Shown here piece by piece: positions 8,831-12,053 of a stretch of DNA of 12,053 nt. The position numbers and the translations under genes are program-made. The first letter of the stretch is position 1; each line of letters opens with the position of its first letter. The notes under the pieces are model-generated. The model saw only the letters and a program-made list of their open reading frames with translations, was not told where the DNA came from and did not search any database. This DNA comes from Octopus sinensis. Taxonomy: Eukaryota. The stretch covers positions 1 through 12,053 of the forward strand of contig NW_021826685.1 of the NCBI RefSeq assembly GCF_006345805.1, given 5' to 3'.

Positions 8831-9740
8831 AGGAAGGAAGGAAGGAAGGAAGGAAGGAAGGAAGGAAGGAAGGAAGGAAGAAGGAAGGAAGGAAGGAAAG
8901 AAGGAAGGAAAGAAGGAAGGAAGGAAGGAAGGAAGGAAGGAAGGAAGGAAGGAAGGAAGAAGGGAGGAAGGGTGGAAGGAAGGAACGAAGGAACGAAGGA
9001 AGGAACGAAGGGAGGGAGGGAGGAAGGAAGGAAGGAAGGGAGAGCGGAAGGAAGGAAGGAAGGAAGGAAGGAAGGAAAGAAGGAAAGAAGGGAGGGAGGG
9101 AGGAAGGAAGGAAGGAAGGAAGGGAAAGGAAGGAAGGACGGAAGGAAAGAAAGAAGGAAGGAAGGAAGGGAGAGAGGAAGGGAGGTGGAGGGAGGCTGAT
9201 GAGGGAGGGAGGAAGGAAGGAAGGAGAAAGAAGGAAGAAGGAAGGGGAAAGAAGTAAAGAAGGAGGAAAGAAGAAGGAAGGAAGGAAGGAAGGGAGAGCG
9301 GAAGGAAAGGAAGGAAGGAGGAAGGAAGGAATGGGAAGGAAGGAGAAAAGGAAAAAAAGGAAGGGAGGGAAAAGGGGAAGGAAGGAAAGGAAAAGAAAAG
9401 AAGACAAAAAAAAAAGGAAGGAAGGAAGGAAGGAAGGAAGGAAGGAAGGGAGAGAGGAAGGGTGGGAGGGAGGCATGGAGGGAGGGAGGAAGGAAGGAAA
9501 GAAGGAAGGAAAGAAGGAAGGAAGGAAGGAAAGAAGGAAGGAAGGAAGGAAAGGAAGAAGGAAGGAAGGAAGGAAGGGAGAGCGGAAGGAAGGAAGGAAG
9601 GAAGGAAGGAAAGAAGGAAAGAAGGGAGGGAGGGAGGGAGGAAGGAAGGAAGGAAGGAAAGAAGGAAGGAAGAAATGAAGGGAGAGAGGAAGGGTGGGAG
9701 GGAGGGAGGAAGGGAAGGGGAAGGAGGGAGGAGGTTGGAA
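8831..9740. repeat. ~900-bp degenerate (GGAA)n polypurine tract
   Basis: Direct reading; only about 20 pyrimidines on the plus strand. Confidence 0.97.
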
Positions 9741-9854
9741 GAGGTGATTAATTAGATCTACTTTATTACAAGATATCCGGGTAATTAAGGGTGGATAATT
9801 AACAAACAACAGCGCAGAAGGGAGAAAAAATAAAGAAACATAGATTACATAACG

Positions 9855-9891
<37 letters not shown>

Positions 9892-10140
9892 TATTAGCAC
9901 ACACAGACATATTAGCATACACACACACACACATACATATATATATAAACAGACATACACAGAGACATGCCACTAACAAGCATGCGAACATACACACCGA
10001 CAAACATACACATACAGACACAAACACACACCTGCACATCATCACATACATACAGGCATAAGTGCAGTCATATCTCCATGAATACTAACACCACCACCAC
10101 CGCCACCAAAAACAGCTACAACAGCAACAACACCATCTTC
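9855..10140. repeat. (CA)n and degenerate CA/CAC-rich tract
   Basis: Direct reading. Confidence 0.85.
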
Positions 10141-10199
10141 CTCAGCACTATTACTTAATCGCTATCGCTCCCACTCCAACTTTATCACCACCACCACCA

Positions 10200-10516
10200 C
10201 TATATAATAATAAATAATAATAATAATAATAATAATAATGACATGATAAGAACATAAACAATAGATGATGATAATTAATAATAATGATAATAATAATGAT
10301 AATAATAATGATAATAATGATAATAAAATGATAATAATGATAATAATAAGATAATATGATCATATATAATAATAATAAAATAATATATAATAATAAAATG
10401 ATAATAATAATAATCATAATAATATAATAATGATATATAATGAAATAATAATAATATAAGAATGAATAATAATAATGATAATAATAATAATAATAATAAT
10501 GATAATAATAATAATA
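10200..10516. repeat. Degenerate (AAT)n/(GAT)n microsatellite
   Basis: Direct reading. Confidence 0.93.
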
Positions 10517-11057
10517 GCAGTACCAGGCAGTGGCTCTCATGGCTTCTGATCTTAACTGATTGGAAGTGTTATCATGTACATTGTTTTGTCTTGGTATAAA
10601 AGATGGGCTACAGCAAATATTCTGCTCAATACCACAGATTTGCTTGTCAGTTGTTTGACCTTAACCAGTTAAGCATGTCCGTTAGTGGCTGACGATATGT
10701 GCATCTCTGATCACGAGCAGAAGTATCGGGGGAGCATCATAGCCACGTGCTGAGAGGGATTTGGGGGGAATTTGAATAATTCAGCTCTGGAAACATGGGT
10801 ATTTTGTTCATCATCCTTAAACAACCCTTATTCAGGGGCCTTTGAGTAGGATGGGCCACTCGACCTGAAGTAAATTCTAACTGGGTCCCACCTGTTTATC
10901 GCTGTTCTTCATGATATAAGACCACCATGTCACGCACATAGGCTTGTGATGCATGTGCCTGGTGCACCCTTATCGGGCGGATAGTCATGATGGGTATATT
11001 GGGCGTCGTATATTTGTACCCAGTGTCACTTTGATGGCATGCGCTGCTCTCTCACTC
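10517..11057 (+). mobile_element. Interspersed ~540-bp non-coding element, longer copy, with (AAT)n on both sides
   Basis: Homologous to 678-1030 (inverted). Ends ...CTCTCTCACTC followed by AATAATAATAA (11058-11068). I found no recognisable ORF, A/B boxes or terminal inverted repeats. Confidence 0.85.
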
Positions 11058-11534
11058 AATAATAATAAACACTTTTCATCACTAATACCACCGCCACCAT
11101 CATCACCAGTGATAGTAATCCACTGAGAAACCACTAAATATAAAGACATGCACTAAACGAAGATGAAAGGCAATAAAGACGTAATGTTATGTAGTGACGG
11201 ACAAGAGAAGTTTAACGATTCGGAGAATAATCATTCATCACAAACATGGAATCACCAAATATATTTTACTTTACCTCTTCGATCTTTCAATTGTATGAGT
11301 ATTACAACGAGTTATTCCTTCTTTTTTTCCTTTTTTTTTTTCACCGTTATTCTGTTTTGGGTAGTTTGTTCAATATAAGCACCATTTTGTTCCTTTTTGA
11401 ATTTCTGCCCCGTGGGACGCTTCGGGGGTGGTTTTAGTATCACAAAAGACTTTTCTATGAGCAGACGGTGTAAGAAGACTTTTGTATATGGTTCCCCTAC
11501 GACCTTTTTCACACTTCCGGCTAGTTGATTCAGA

Positions 11535-11620
11535 TAGGGAGATAGAGAGAGAGAATGAGAGAGGGTAGGGGGAGAAAGATAAAGACAGAGACAGACAGAG
11601 GCTGAAGGAAAGAGACACAA
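11535..11620. repeat. Degenerate (GA)n/(GACA)n
   Basis: Direct reading. Confidence 0.8.
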
Positions 11621-11724
11621 AGAGGGGGATAACGAAGGGCTTTCACTATTTGAGTGTTTATCTATTTCATGGTATATCCATCTTTATAACTAAATAACAG
11701 GATAGTCGTCGCAATACGACTTTT

Positions 11725-11746
11725 GCTGTTGTTGTTGTTGCTTTCC

Positions 11747-11779
<33 letters not shown>

Positions 11780-11822
11780 CTCTTATCGTTGTTTTCGGCG
11801 TTGATGTTGTTGCTGTTGTTGT
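11725..11822. repeat. (GTT)n microsatellite
   Basis: Direct reading. Confidence 0.92.
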
Positions 11823-12053
11823 CACGATCGACGCTCTGTAAAAATCCCAGGTAAAAAGTGATCCAGAAGAACGATGTTTAAATGATGGGGTTTTACATGG
11901 GATTCGGCATTTGGGTCTATTGGTTGCAGGATAAAGTTCTTGTATTGTTCATTTTCTTCAACTCCAATTGTTTCGATGTGCCGTGACACATTTCACACCA
12001 CTCAGAACGATGTTAAATCGCCACTACATCTATATGCTCAACCAATGTTCACT

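Noticed and set aside
9190-9240. CTGATGAG hammerhead core (also CTGACGA near 10689)
   Set aside because: No stem II followed by GAAA and no flanking helices can be built.
8829-9884. 351-aa PSFL-repeat ORF and antisense RKEG-repeat ORFs
   Set aside because: Translation of (TTCC)n/(GGAA)n, which lacks stop codons by composition.
11440-11525. AAGACTTTT direct repeat and ACTTCCGG ETS motif as an array or promoter
   Set aside because: Only two 9-nt copies and one isolated motif; not CRISPR-like and within chance expectation.

Overview
AT-rich eukaryotic non-coding DNA (intronic or intergenic). By my tally roughly 40-45% of it is microsatellite. The SINE sequences resemble my memory of abundant Octopus repeats, so a coleoid cephalopod origin is likely (inference, not database-checked). 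I find no intact protein-coding gene; the supplied ORFs are read-through of simple repeats or antisense to repeats. The only recognisable protein remnant is not in the ORF track: a triple-frameshifted C-terminus of an R4/Dong-clade restriction-like-endonuclease (RLE) non-LTR retrotransposon on the minus strand (2155-2428), embedded in (TAA)n. A ~540-bp non-coding element with no tRNA head occurs twice in inverted orientation (678-1030 minus; 10517-11057 plus), also against (TAA)n with the same polarity. It is the best candidate for something under-described, possibly a non-autonomous passenger of the TAA-targeting RLE machinery. The window also holds three tRNA-derived CORE-like SINEs, decayed Nin/Deu-like SINE pieces, a 147-bp tandem duplication, a ~900-bp (GGAA)n tract with cryptic higher-order periodicity, and mirror-ordered compound microsatellites on opposite strands.
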